Assembly (NCBI GenBank): GCA_043747615.1
Contig: JAYTOU010000053.1
Coordinates: forward strand, 1 to 64,000
Length of the DNA stretch: 64,000 bases
Direction: 5' to 3'
Origin: Myxococcales bacterium
GTDB lineage: Bacteria > Myxococcota_A > Polyangia > Polyangiales > Polyangiaceae
The notes below the pieces were generated by a model. The model saw only the letters and a program-made list of their open reading frames with translations, made no database searches and had not been told where the DNA came from. This document shows, one piece after another, positions 1 through 9,314 of the stretch. Position numbers and translations under genes: made by a program. Numbering within the stretch: position 1 is the first letter of the stretch; every line of letters starts with the position of its first letter.

Positions 1-1588
1 GGGGGGGCGGGGCCGGGGGCGGGGGCGGGGGCGGGGCCGGGGGCGGGGGCGCGTTCGCCTCGAGATCGATCTGAATGCTCAGCGTGGCAACATCGAAGGG
101 GACGAGCTGCGCTTTGGTAACGTGACCGGGCGCTTCCGCGCGCACCCAGTGCTTGGACATGTCGCGTGGAAACCATTTTGGCCAGCTCGCGATCTGATCG
201 TCGTCGACGAACACGTGCGCGCTCGGCGGCGTCACCCCGACGGTGAGCTCTATGGGCGGCGGCGGCGGTGCTGGCTCGACGATGACGACGACGGGCACGA
301 CGCGCGGAGGCGGCACGATGGCCTGAGCGGCGATCGCCACTGCGCCTGCGAGCAAAGCGAGAGCCACGACCGCGCCGACGATGAACTTCCGCGGCGTACC
401 GCTCGTCACGTGCGGGGGTGCGGAAGACGAGCGCTTGGAGCCGGTGTCTCGGGGCGAGGCTTGCGCCGGCTTCACGAGCTTCGTGGTCGGCGGCTGCTCG
501 AGGCCCTTGCTCACCGGGATCTTGCCGACCGATTTGGTTTCCGCGCGCGTCAGCTGCGCGTCGAGGAGAGGCACGTCGACCTCGACGCGATCGAATGTAC
601 GCTGCTCCTTCAGGCGAGCTTCGACGGCGGCCTTCACCTCCGCGCGGTGCCCCGCGAAGAGCTCGGCTACCAACTTTCCGACCGCCCGGCCGTTGACGGG
701 CTCGCGCGTGGCAATGAGCGCCTCGACATCGGCACGCATCGCGGCGGCGGTGGCGTAGCGATCGGTGGGCTTCAAAGCCATGGCCTTGGTGACGATGGCG
801 AGGAGCGCCGGATCCGCGTCCGGCGTCATGGTGAGGGCCGACGGAATGTTGCCGCTCGCGAGCTGCTGGAAGACCTCGAGATCGTTCATCCCCTTCCACA
901 GTCGCTTGCCGGTGATCGCCCGCCAGAGAATCACGCCGACGGCGTAGATGTCGGCCCGGCGATCGATCTTCGCCTTCGTTCCGCCGGTGCTGAGCTGCTC
1001 AGGCGCCATGTAGGCCACCTTGCCCTTGATGACCCCTGTGCTCGTCACGCCGGTCGAGTCGGCCGCCTTGGCGATGCCGAAATCGAGGACCTTGATGATG
1101 CCGTCGTAGGTGATGAAAATGTTCTGCGGTGACACGTCGCGATGGACGACGTTCAACGGCGTTCCGTCGAAGTCCTGGAGCTCGTGCGCGTGATGCAAAC
1201 CCTCGAGCGCCTCACTGACGATGTAGAGGTACATGGTGAGCGGCAGACCTCCCTTGGTCGCGGAGCGCCGCAGGACAGCCTCGAACGACTGCCCTTCGAG
1301 GTACTCCATCGCGATGAAGTAATGCTTGCCGTCGTGCCCCACCTCATTCGTCTGAACGACGTTCGGGTGGTCGATGCGCGCGGAGAGCCGAGCCTCATCG
1401 AGGAACATCGCCAGAAATTCCGAAGAGTCCGCGAGCTCGTCGCGCAGCTGCTTGACGACTTGAAGCTTGTTGAAGCCGCCCACCCCCTGAAGCACCGCGA
1501 GGAAGACCGTGGCCATTCCTCCGCGGCCCAGCTCGAATACGGGCCGGTACTTTTCGTGTGCAGGCGTGTTCGGCGATTCCCCAGGCAT
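1..1588 (-). CDS. Ser/Thr protein kinase, Hanks type, with TM helix and Pro/Ala-rich C-terminal region (3' end outside window)
   Basis: Manual minus-strand translation from ATG 1588: MPGESPNTPAHEKYRPVFELGRGGMATVFLA...HPNVV...VHRDVSPQN...KVLDFGIAK...YMAPEQ. Not in the ORF track because no stop lies in the window. Confidence 0.93.
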   Translation of the reverse strand, partial: MPGESPNTPAHEKYRPVFELGRGGMATVFLAVLQGVGGFNKLQVVKQLRDELADSSEFLAMFLDEARLSARIDHPNVVQTNEVGHDGKHYFIAMEYLEGQSFEAVLRRSATKGGLPLTMYLYIVSEALEGLHHAHELQDFDGTPLNVVHRDVSPQNIFITYDGIIKVLDFGIAKAADSTGVTSTGVIKGKVAYMAPEQLSTGGTKAKIDRRADIYAVGVILWRAITGKRLWKGMNDLEVFQQLASGNIPSALTMTPDADPALLAIVTKAMALKPTDRYATAAAMRADVEALIATREPVNGRAVGKLVAELFAGHRAEVKAAVEARLKEQRTFDRVEVDVPLLDAQLTRAETKSVGKIPVSKGLEQPPTTKLVKPAQASPRDTGSKRSSSAPPHVTSGTPRKFIVGAVVALALLAGAVAIAAQAIVPPPRVVPVVVIVEPAPPPPPIELTVGVTPPSAHVFVDDDQIASWPKWFPRDMSKHWVRAEAPGHVTKAQLVPFDVATLSIQIDLEANAPPPPAPPPPPPPAPPP

Positions 1589-1595
1589 CGTGGCT

Positions 1596-2276
1596 TTACC
1601 TGCTGAAGATGGCCGACAGGATCCAACCGGCGGCCAGCGCAATGATCGCGATGATGGCGAAGGTGACGTTCTCGGCGGTCCTGCGAGGAGCCGGCGCGAA
1701 GGGCGAGGCCATGTTCAGCGCTTTACCGTCCGCCGAGGGCTCAATCGCGAGGATGGATGCATCAGCGTGCTCTGCGTCCACCCTCGCCGGGACGTTCGGA
1801 CGAATGCTCAACGCTGACTCGTCTTGGTCATCGTCGTCGTGCCCATTCGGCCTCGGGACGCGGTAACCCTCGATGCGCGGAAGGGGCGCGGGGGCGAGAG
1901 CGCTCGAAGGCGGGGAAAGCGCGGCGAAAGCCTCGGGGTCCTCGGGTTCGTCAGGCTCATTCGATTCGAGCAGCGTCGTGTCGACAGCCGGTGCCTTTTC
2001 CTCGGGAGGCTGTTCGCTCGCCGCCGCGCTACCGACCTCGACCGTGATCTCGCCGGCCCTCTCGGCCGCTTTTTTTTCGTGCGCGGCGTCTGCCTTCTTC
2101 ACGGCCTCTTCGAGCTTGCGCTTTCGAATGGCCTCGAGAACCGCAGGTGGCGCCTCGCGCACGACCGTCATGGCGCTGTACGCGTCGCCGCTCTCTGGAG
2201 GCGGCACGGTGTCGACGCCATGGATGTTCGCGTCATCCTCAGGCGATCTCGACGGCTCCGATTCGCGGCTGCTCAC
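1596..2276 (-). CDS. hypothetical protein, acidic/Pro-rich with C-terminal TM helix
   Basis: 3' part of ORF 1596..2477; GTG start at 2276 chosen to avoid overlap with the upstream gene; ends FAIIAIIALAAGWILSAIFSR, 7 nt before the kinase start. Confidence 0.7.
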   Translation of the reverse strand: MSSRESEPSRSPEDDANIHGVDTVPPPESGDAYSAMTVVREAPPAVLEAIRKRKLEEAVKKADAAHEKKAAERAGEITVEVGSAAASEQPPEEKAPAVDTTLLESNEPDEPEDPEAFAALSPPSSALAPAPLPRIEGYRVPRPNGHDDDDQDESALSIRPNVPARVDAEHADASILAIEPSADGKALNMASPFAPAPRRTAENVTFAIIAIIALAAGWILSAIFSR

Positions 2277-2307
2277 GTAGTAGAGCCTACCATCACCTGC
2301 GGGTCCG

Positions 2308-3093
2308 TCAGGAAACGGATTTCGGATCAGCCACGATGACGGCATCCGCAATCCACTGAAGAAGCGCTCCAAAGGCCTTCTCAGCCGCGCGCTCGACGCC
2401 CTCGTCGACGAAGCACTCGCACACCGTGGCAAACGGCGCACCCGTCTGGAGCAGGGCAAGTGCAGCCGCCTCTCCACCAGAAACAGGGCGGTGATAGACG
2501 ACGAAATCGTGCCGCCACACGATGATGGTGGTCGGCGCGCGGCCTACAGCACGGACGGGCGTCTCGTCGTGAATGGCTTGCCACAGCTCCTGAACAGGAT
2601 GCGCGAGCGTGATGAGGCGAAATGCGGGGACGAGCTGCAGCGTGAGCCCCGGCCACGCGGTCTCCGGAATCGCCGCGAGGTCCGCCGCCGCGAGCGTCTT
2701 GACGTCACGCGCATCGAAGACATCACCGCGCGTCCACTCAAGGCGGGCAAGATCGGCGATGAACGGAAAGCGCGCCGCGAGCCCATGCTCTGACAGAAAC
2801 GCGGGCAGGTTGGCGCCGACGAACCGGAGTGACGGATCGTCCGGCGGATGACGCACGAGGTACTCCGCAACGAGCGGATGAAATGCTTCGTGTCCGATCA
2901 GCGCTTCTACCATCGGATAGTCGCCCACGATCACGTCGTGGTGCCGGGCGAAGTAGGCGGTGGTGTACACGCCCGCGCGCTGAGCGGCGTCGCCTTCGAT
3001 CCAGTCGCCGAGCGCGGTCGGTGTCTTCGTCGGATCCTGCGACGCGACGAGTTCGAGGAATCGGGTCTGTAGATCGCACAGCGCCTCAGCCAC
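2308..3093 (-). CDS. DUF2063 (HvfC/BufC-type) MNIO partner protein
   Basis: LQTRFLELV...RAGVYTTAYFARHHDVIVGDYP...YLVRHPP...LRFVGANLPAFL...DLARLEW pattern; GTG 3093 overlaps the DUF692 stop. Confidence 0.85.
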   Translation of the reverse strand: MAEALCDLQTRFLELVASQDPTKTPTALGDWIEGDAAQRAGVYTTAYFARHHDVIVGDYPMVEALIGHEAFHPLVAEYLVRHPPDDPSLRFVGANLPAFLSEHGLAARFPFIADLARLEWTRGDVFDARDVKTLAAADLAAIPETAWPGLTLQLVPAFRLITLAHPVQELWQAIHDETPVRAVGRAPTTIIVWRHDFVVYHRPVSGGEAAALALLQTGAPFATVCECFVDEGVERAAEKAFGALLQWIADAVIVADPKSVS

Positions 3094-3916
3094 GGAGCGC
3101 CTCCTTCTCGAGCTCGACGGCGCGGCGTGACTCGTCGACCAGCGTCTCGTAGTCGGGAATGTCTTCGTCCCACTCGATGAGCGTGGGGACGCGTCCGAAG
3201 CGTTTGACCGCGCGGCGATACAGATCCCACACCGGCGAGGGCACGGGGCCGATGTGCGAATCCAGAATGTGCGTCTCGTACACGGTGTGGCCGGCAAGAT
3301 GAATTTGCCCGACGCGCTCGACATCGATGGCATCGAGGTATGTCTCTGCCGAGAACCCATGGTTCTTCGAGCTCACGTAGATGTTGTTCACGTCGAGGAG
3401 AATGCCGGAGTCCGTGCGCCTCGCGACCTCGTTCACGAACTCCCATTCCGTCATGGTGCTCGAGCGGAAAGAAACGTAGCTCGACACGTTCTCGAGCATG
3501 AGGGGGCGCTTCAAGCGATCTTGCACCGCGTTGACGCGCTCGACCGTGTGCGCGAGCGCCTCCTCGGTGTACGGAAGCGGGAGCAAGTCGTGCGAGTAGT
3601 GCCCACCATTCGCGCCCCAGCAAAGGTGATCGGAGATCCACGCGGGCTCGACGCGGGCGGCAAGCGTCGTCAGTTGTTCCATGTACTTGTCGGCGATCGG
3701 ATCGCTATTGCCGATTCCTAGGGAGACGCCGTGCATGACGACCGGGACCTCCGCACGAACTTTGTCGAGCGCGGCCCAGGGGCGGCCACCCGGCTCGAAG
3801 AAATTTTCGGAGATGATCTCCAACCAGTCGACGCCCGAAACTCCGTGCTCGAGTAGGTGTCCGAAGTGTTTCGATCGGAGCCCGATACCGTGGCCGAGCA
3901 GATTCTTCTTCCACAT
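3086..3916 (-). CDS. DUF692 multinuclear non-heme iron oxidative enzyme (MNIO; BufB/HvfB-like)
   Basis: GIGLR, WLEIISENF, HGVSLGIG, SDHLCW, LLPLP, LENVSSY, LLDVNNIYV, QIHLAGH, LDSH and LIEWD motifs; ATG 3916. Confidence 0.95.
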   Translation of the reverse strand: MWKKNLLGHGIGLRSKHFGHLLEHGVSGVDWLEIISENFFEPGGRPWAALDKVRAEVPVVMHGVSLGIGNSDPIADKYMEQLTTLAARVEPAWISDHLCWGANGGHYSHDLLPLPYTEEALAHTVERVNAVQDRLKRPLMLENVSSYVSFRSSTMTEWEFVNEVARRTDSGILLDVNNIYVSSKNHGFSAETYLDAIDVERVGQIHLAGHTVYETHILDSHIGPVPSPVWDLYRRAVKRFGRVPTLIEWDEDIPDYETLVDESRRAVELEKEALRG

Positions 3917-3933
3917 GCACTCACGCTTCTGAC

Positions 3934-3972
3934 AAAAAAACGGGAGAGAACGGCTTTCGCCGCCCGCTCCCG
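3934..3972 (-). terminator. intrinsic terminator between RiPP precursor and MNIO gene
   Basis: Minus strand CGGGAG-CGGGCGGC-GAAA-GCCGTTCT-CTCCCG followed by T7. Confidence 0.8.
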
Positions 3973-4002
3973 CCATTACGTTACGCGTTCAAGCTCGCTA
4001 GA

Positions 4003-4287
4003 TCAGGAGGCGACCTTGCCGCCTTTACCCGTGCAATCCTCGGGGGTGCCGACGACCGTTACGCCTTTGCCCTTGCACTCGTTCTTGCCTGCGCAGGCGT
4101 GATCGGCTTGGCCACAGGAGCCTTTTCCTTTGCACTCGTTCATACCCATGCACTTGACAGTGCCGGTACCGGGGGCCGACGGCATTGCTGCTGCGCCCGG
4201 CGAGGCCGCAGTCTTGTCCGCCCCACCGCACGCAACGAGGCCAGCAACTGCCGAGGCGATGAGCATTCCTTTGACCGAAACATTCAT
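4003..4287 (-). CDS. Cys-rich RiPP precursor, BufA2-like, with lipoprotein signal peptide
   Basis: Lipobox LVAC (C20); repeats GMNECKGKG and GKNECKGKG; six core Cys; AGGAG RBS; directly upstream of DUF692. Confidence 0.88.
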   Translation of the reverse strand: MNVSVKGMLIASAVAGLVACGGADKTAASPGAAAMPSAPGTGTVKCMGMNECKGKGSCGQADHACAGKNECKGKGVTVVGTPEDCTGKGGKVAS

Positions 4288-4429
4288 GTCAATTTCTCCT
4301 TGAAAAAAGACAACGTGGACATCTTTTACTCGATTTCACCCGTGGACCAAAGAAATCGAGCTTCTTCGCGCTTACACGCGGAGCGAGTGAATTTGCCTCT
4401 ATCGCGTCTCGACGTCGGCTTCCTGAGGC

Positions 4430-4455
4430 TACGCACGGCGCCTTCATTTGGTTTC
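4430..4455 (-). promoter_or_regulatory. putative ECF sigma promoter
   Basis: Minus strand GAAACC-N16-CGTA, about 140 nt upstream of the precursor ATG. Confidence 0.5.
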
Positions 4456-4464
4456 ACGAAGTCG

Positions 4465-6786
4465 CTATTTGACCGAGCAGCGATCGAGTAGGCGGTCGAT
4501 CGAAGCGTATCGGCCGCTCGCGCCCGGATGGAAGGGTGTGGCCGGTCCCTCGACCTCCGCTCGCACGGAAGCGACGCCGGCTTTGTCGCCGCGCGCGCAG
4601 GCGATGATGGCGAGCTGCCTCAGGGTTTCACGGTGAATGCGCGCAGTGGGAGGCCCCGCCGAAAGGACGCGGGCGAGATGCGGGGATGCGTCGTCGTAGA
4701 ACGAGTGCTGTGCCAGATTTTTTCCGAGAAGATAGTCGGCCAGCGGATCGTGGGTAGCCGCGCTCCATTCACCAAGAAGTGCCGCACCGTGAAAGGGATC
4801 TCCACCGCGGTGTGAGCGCGTTCCAAGAAGAAGCGCGCGAACCGGAAGGCGGGCTTTGGGATCGAGCACCGCCATCGCTTTCACCTCGATGGTGCGCGCG
4901 GCGTCTTCGTCGAGGGATGCGGCGGCGAGCTTCTTGTACGTCGCAAAGGCGCCACCGGCATCGCCTTCTTGAAAGGCCAGATCGGCCACCGCCTCCTCGC
5001 TGCGATCGCGCCACACGCGGGAGACGCCGGGGTCCTCTGCGAGCCGTCGCAGCCCGCGAATTCCGCGCGACTCTGTCAGGCGGTCCTTCGTCTCGTGGCC
5101 CTCGCTGTCGAATCTTGCCTCGGTGAGAGCCCGCCCGTAGAGCGCCGAGAAATCGTGTGGATCGCGGGCCAGCACCTCCGCGTAAAGGACGATCGCTTTC
5201 TCGGCCTGGTTCGAGTCGCGGCAGTGATCGGCCTCGCCGCGAAGGGCGTCCACCACGTGCGGGCAGCGCCGGCCGAAGATCGCCGGTCGTTCGAACTTGG
5301 CCTTGGCGTAGCTCTCGGCCTCGGGAGGAAGGGTCACCTTGGAGAGGTCCGCGCGAAACGCAGCATCGAGCGCGGCCCAGGTCTCGCCGGTGGCCTCGAC
5401 GATGGTCGCTCCACTGTAGAGTGCACGCACTTTGTCGGCGCCTTTTCGGTCCATGAGCCAGCGGATGAACGCTCCCGCGACCGTGTAGCTTTTTGCCGAC
5501 GACTCACCGAGAAATCCCACCGAAAAAATCCGCTCCATCGGTGGCAAGATCTTGAGATCGAGCATCGCACGGGCCCACGTCGTGTCCGTGAGCTCGCCTT
5601 CGTCCGGAGACGCGGCGACCGCCACTCCTTCGATCAACCCGGGGTTCGGCCAAAGCCCGCCGAGCGACCCCGCGATGCGAAACGGACCGCGCCCGAAGCT
5701 TCCGGCAACGACATGCGCAAGCTCGTGTCCGAGGACGGGATGCGGGTAGGTTCCCACCTGCAGGTACACTTCGTTTCGCCAGGGTTTGGCGATGTACGTG
5801 TCGCCCGCGCCCATCAGGCGCTTCTTGTCGCCGGCGTCGCGAAAGAAGAATGCGGTGACCCGGTCGGGCCCGCGCGCACCGAGAACTTTTTCGATGCTGG
5901 CAAGCTCCTCGTCGCAGTCCTTGATGAGGAGCGCGACCTCCTCTTCGCGCAGGGTATCGGGGTAGACCACGTTGCAACGCGCTCCTCCGCGAAAGCCGCC
6001 GAGGTCACGCATCACCGTCGTCGACGTCTGCCAGTGTCCGAGCGCTGGACCGTAGAGGGTGATCGCCAAGCTCGTGACGAGCGCGCAGGCCGCGAGCGTC
6101 GCGCGGGTCAGTGTTCCGTCGCTGCGAGGGGCGAGAGTGAGCGCGCCGTCCGCGCTTCGCACGAGGAGCGACGCTGCAAAGAACGCGAACGTCAAGGTAG
6201 CCAGCGTCCCCAGCCGATACGTGAGGAGCGCCATGCCAGGATCGATCACGGTGTCGTAGATCGTGCCGCTGAAGTATCCGACGAAGGGATCGAACGCGAA
6301 AATCATGGGCGACGAGTGAAATCGCCAGACGCTCACGCCGATGCCAAGGAGCGGGGCGGCGATCGACAGGAGCACGCACCAGAGCCTGCGTCTCTTCGTC
6401 CCGCGGGCGCGCTCGGCCGCGTACGCGCCCCACACGCCGCCGAGCACGGAGCCCGCTGCGGCCGTGAGAAGGAAGCCGCGGGCACCGCCACCCAGATCGC
6501 AAAAGCCAGAAAAAAAGCCATGAATCAGGGCGGTCCCAAACGCGACGCCTGCAAGGAGCACTCCGTTCGAGGCTCCACGCCTGACCGACCACGAAGGATC
6601 CCGCGCCTCTGTCGAGAGCTCGAGAGAGGTGAGGATCGCTGCGGCGCTCGGAACGATGAGCCCGCTTGCGAGGGCGTGCTCATAACCCGGCCCACCGAAG
6701 AGCGGCAAGAAGCCGATCGCCATGAGGAGCGCGGCGATGACGACCACCGCGATGAAACGAGGACTCAGCGTCGAGACGCGATGCAT
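4465..6786 (-). CDS. polytopic membrane protein with gluzincin-like zinc peptidase domain and TPR-like C-terminus
   Basis: Multiple N-terminal hydrophobic helices; VLGHELAHVV...GLIEGVAVA; helical C-terminal repeats. Confidence 0.75.
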   Translation of the reverse strand: MHRVSTLSPRFIAVVVIAALLMAIGFLPLFGGPGYEHALASGLIVPSAAAILTSLELSTEARDPSWSVRRGASNGVLLAGVAFGTALIHGFFSGFCDLGGGARGFLLTAAAGSVLGGVWGAYAAERARGTKRRRLWCVLLSIAAPLLGIGVSVWRFHSSPMIFAFDPFVGYFSGTIYDTVIDPGMALLTYRLGTLATLTFAFFAASLLVRSADGALTLAPRSDGTLTRATLAACALVTSLAITLYGPALGHWQTSTTVMRDLGGFRGGARCNVVYPDTLREEEVALLIKDCDEELASIEKVLGARGPDRVTAFFFRDAGDKKRLMGAGDTYIAKPWRNEVYLQVGTYPHPVLGHELAHVVAGSFGRGPFRIAGSLGGLWPNPGLIEGVAVAASPDEGELTDTTWARAMLDLKILPPMERIFSVGFLGESSAKSYTVAGAFIRWLMDRKGADKVRALYSGATIVEATGETWAALDAAFRADLSKVTLPPEAESYAKAKFERPAIFGRRCPHVVDALRGEADHCRDSNQAEKAIVLYAEVLARDPHDFSALYGRALTEARFDSEGHETKDRLTESRGIRGLRRLAEDPGVSRVWRDRSEEAVADLAFQEGDAGGAFATYKKLAAASLDEDAARTIEVKAMAVLDPKARLPVRALLLGTRSHRGGDPFHGAALLGEWSAATHDPLADYLLGKNLAQHSFYDDASPHLARVLSAGPPTARIHRETLRQLAIIACARGDKAGVASVRAEVEGPATPFHPGASGRYASIDRLLDRCSVK

Positions 6787-6799
6787 CCGATCGAAGGCC

Positions 6800-9199
6800 T
6801 CACGCGCGCACGTCGCCCGCGGAGGACGGCGGCGGAGGAGGCATGCTTGGCAGGTCTCCGCTGGGGATCGGCGGCTCGAGGATGAGCGGCAAGATTTCTT
6901 CGACCCGCTTGATGAGAATGACCTTCATCTGCTCGCGGACGTCCTTCGGAAGGTCGTCGAGATCCCGCTCATTTCGCGCAGGAATGAGGACGGTCTTGAT
7001 ACCCGCGCGATGCGCCGCGAGGAGCTTCTCCTTCACGCCGCCGACAGGCAGCACGTTTCCACGAAGGGTGATCTCTCCGGTCATCGCGACGTCGCGCTTG
7101 ATCGGACACTGGAGGAGCAGCGACGCCACCGCGGAGAACATCGTAACCCCCGCGCTAGGACCATCCTTCGGTGTGCCGCCCTTGGGAACGTGCAGGTGCA
7201 GATCGATCGTCTTCAAGAACTCGGGATCGAGGTGCAGTGATGCGGCCCGACTGCGCACGAACGACACGGCTGTGGAAGCCGACTCCTGCATGACGGATTT
7301 GAGATTTCCGGTGACGAGCACATTGCCCTTACCCGGCATCTTCGTGGCCTCGATGAAGAGGACATCCCCGCCCGACGGCGTCCATGCCAAACCCGTGGCC
7401 ACACCGGGGGCGGACTTCTCCTCGGCCATGTCGCGGGAGTGCCGCTGCGCGCCCAATATTTTTTCGATCTCTTCGGGTGTGGCGATTACGCGGACGTCCT
7501 CGCCTTCGGCCAGTCGAACGGCGATCGCCCGACAAACGCTGCCGATTTCGCGCTCGAGCCCGCGCACGCCGGCTTCGCGCGTGTAGTTCTCGACGATCAT
7601 CTCGACCCCTGCGTCCGTGAACTCCAGACGCTCCGGGGTGAGCCCGTGCGCCGAAAGCTGCTTCGGGCAGAGGAACTCGAGGGCGATCATTTTCTTTTCC
7701 ATCCGGGTGTAACCAGGGACCTCGATCACCTCGAGGCGGTCCCACAGCGGCGCGGGGATGGTGTCGGGATTGTTCGCCGTGGCGAGAAAAGTGATCTGCG
7801 AGAGATCGAACGGCGTGTCGATGTAGTGATCCTGAAACGTGCCGTTCTGGGCGGGATCGAGCACCTCGAGAAGGGCAGCGGCCGGGTCGCCCATCATGTC
7901 GACACCGAGCTTGTCGATCTCGTCGAGCACGAAGACCGGGTTCTTCACGGCCGCCTTTTTCAACCCCTGGATGATCCGCCCGGGGAGCGCTCCAACGTAC
8001 GTCCGGCGGTGCCCGCGAATCTCCGCTTCGTCGCGCACGCCGCCGAGGGCGATGCGGTGGTAGCGGCGGCCCATAGAGCGCGCGATCGAACGACCGAGGG
8101 AGGTCTTGCCGACGCCGGGCGGACCGATGAAGCACAGAATGGGGCCCTTTTTATCGGCGCGCAGCTTGCGAACGGCGATGTACTCGACGATGCGCTTCTT
8201 CACCTTGTCGAGACCGAAGTGGTCTTCGTCGAGGCAGCGGCGAACGTCGTCCACGTCGAGCTTGTCGTGCGTGCTCTTGGACCATGGGAGGTCAGCGAGC
8301 CACTCGAGGTACGTCTTGGTGACGTTGAACTCGGCCGATTGCTGCTGCATTCCGGCGAGGCGCGAGAGCTGCTTCTTCGCGATCTTCTGTCCTTCTTCGG
8401 AGAGCTGCGCGAGACGAAGGCGCTCCCTGAGCTCCTCTACTTCGTCGTCGTCTCCTCCCTCGCCGAGCTCCTCTTTGATGCTGCGCATCTGCTGACGCAA
8501 GATGAGCTCGCGCTGGGATTTTCCCTCGTCCGCGACCATCGTGGAAACTTCTTTGCGGACCCGGAGCAGCTCGAGCTGCTTCATGATGATCCCCGAGACA
8601 CCGCGAACGCGCATCTTGGCGTCGAACGTTTCGAGGATGGTCTGCTTGTCGCCGACGCTCGCCTGCTCGATGGTGAGATTCGAGGCGATGAGATCCGCGA
8701 GCGCGCCACTCTCCCGCACGTTGTCGAGAATTCCCGCCGTCTCCTTGGGAAGGTTCGGCATGAGCGCGAGCACTTCGCGCATCGATTCACGGAGCGACGC
8801 TCCGAGGGCGTCGAGCTCCACATCGCGCTCCAGATCCTCCGGGATGCGCGTAATCCGTGCGCGCATGTAGGGCTCGAGGGCGACCGGGCTCTGCATCCGA
8901 AGGCGGGACAGCCCATGGAGGACCACCGAGTAATTCGAGGGGCCGAGACGGATCACCTTCACCACCCGGGCGAGCGTTCCCACCTCGTAGAGATCGCCGA
9001 ACACGGGCTCGTCTACATCGGCGTCTCGCTGGCTCACGATGCCGACCACGGCGCGCTCTTGACCGAGCAGATCCTCGACCAGCCTCACGCTGCGCGAGCG
9101 GCCCACGTTGATGGGCACCACGCTGGCGGGGAAGACGACGCTATTTCGAAGCGGCAAAATGGGGATGATTTCGGAATCGGTAGATCGAGGATCGCTCAC
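6800..9199 (-). CDS. lon: ATP-dependent protease La
   Basis: LON N-domain (ILPLRNSVVFP), Walker A GPPGVGKTS, LDEIDK, PKDGPSAG catalytic Ser and VGGVKEK Lys. Confidence 0.98.
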   Translation of the reverse strand: MSDPRSTDSEIIPILPLRNSVVFPASVVPINVGRSRSVRLVEDLLGQERAVVGIVSQRDADVDEPVFGDLYEVGTLARVVKVIRLGPSNYSVVLHGLSRLRMQSPVALEPYMRARITRIPEDLERDVELDALGASLRESMREVLALMPNLPKETAGILDNVRESGALADLIASNLTIEQASVGDKQTILETFDAKMRVRGVSGIIMKQLELLRVRKEVSTMVADEGKSQRELILRQQMRSIKEELGEGGDDDEVEELRERLRLAQLSEEGQKIAKKQLSRLAGMQQQSAEFNVTKTYLEWLADLPWSKSTHDKLDVDDVRRCLDEDHFGLDKVKKRIVEYIAVRKLRADKKGPILCFIGPPGVGKTSLGRSIARSMGRRYHRIALGGVRDEAEIRGHRRTYVGALPGRIIQGLKKAAVKNPVFVLDEIDKLGVDMMGDPAAALLEVLDPAQNGTFQDHYIDTPFDLSQITFLATANNPDTIPAPLWDRLEVIEVPGYTRMEKKMIALEFLCPKQLSAHGLTPERLEFTDAGVEMIVENYTREAGVRGLEREIGSVCRAIAVRLAEGEDVRVIATPEEIEKILGAQRHSRDMAEEKSAPGVATGLAWTPSGGDVLFIEATKMPGKGNVLVTGNLKSVMQESASTAVSFVRSRAASLHLDPEFLKTIDLHLHVPKGGTPKDGPSAGVTMFSAVASLLLQCPIKRDVAMTGEITLRGNVLPVGGVKEKLLAAHRAGIKTVLIPARNERDLDDLPKDVREQMKVILIKRVEEILPLILEPPIPSGDLPSMPPPPPSSAGDVRA

Positions 9200-9314
9200 G
9201 GTGGCGCTTCTATACCGCGATTTTGGCTAAAACGCAGGGGTCCGAGCGCGCTTTTCTGAACGCCCGGTCGCGCTGGAGGTATGCGTCTCCGGCGTGCTAA
9301 TCCTCTCGTCAGCC

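Noticed and set aside
1..52. G-rich repeat (GGGGC/GGGGCC units) suggesting a G-quadruplex or tandem repeat element
   Set aside because: It is the antisense of a Pro-Ala linker in the kinase reading frame.
122..1606. Plus-strand ORFs 122..1132 and 1142..1606
   Set aside because: Antisense shadows of the minus-strand kinase, with Arg-rich non-protein-like composition.
4969..9259. Long plus-strand ORFs of 638 and 606 aa (similar ones at 13554, 17945, 38154 and minus-strand 52748)
   Set aside because: High-GC antisense shadows of well-supported genes.
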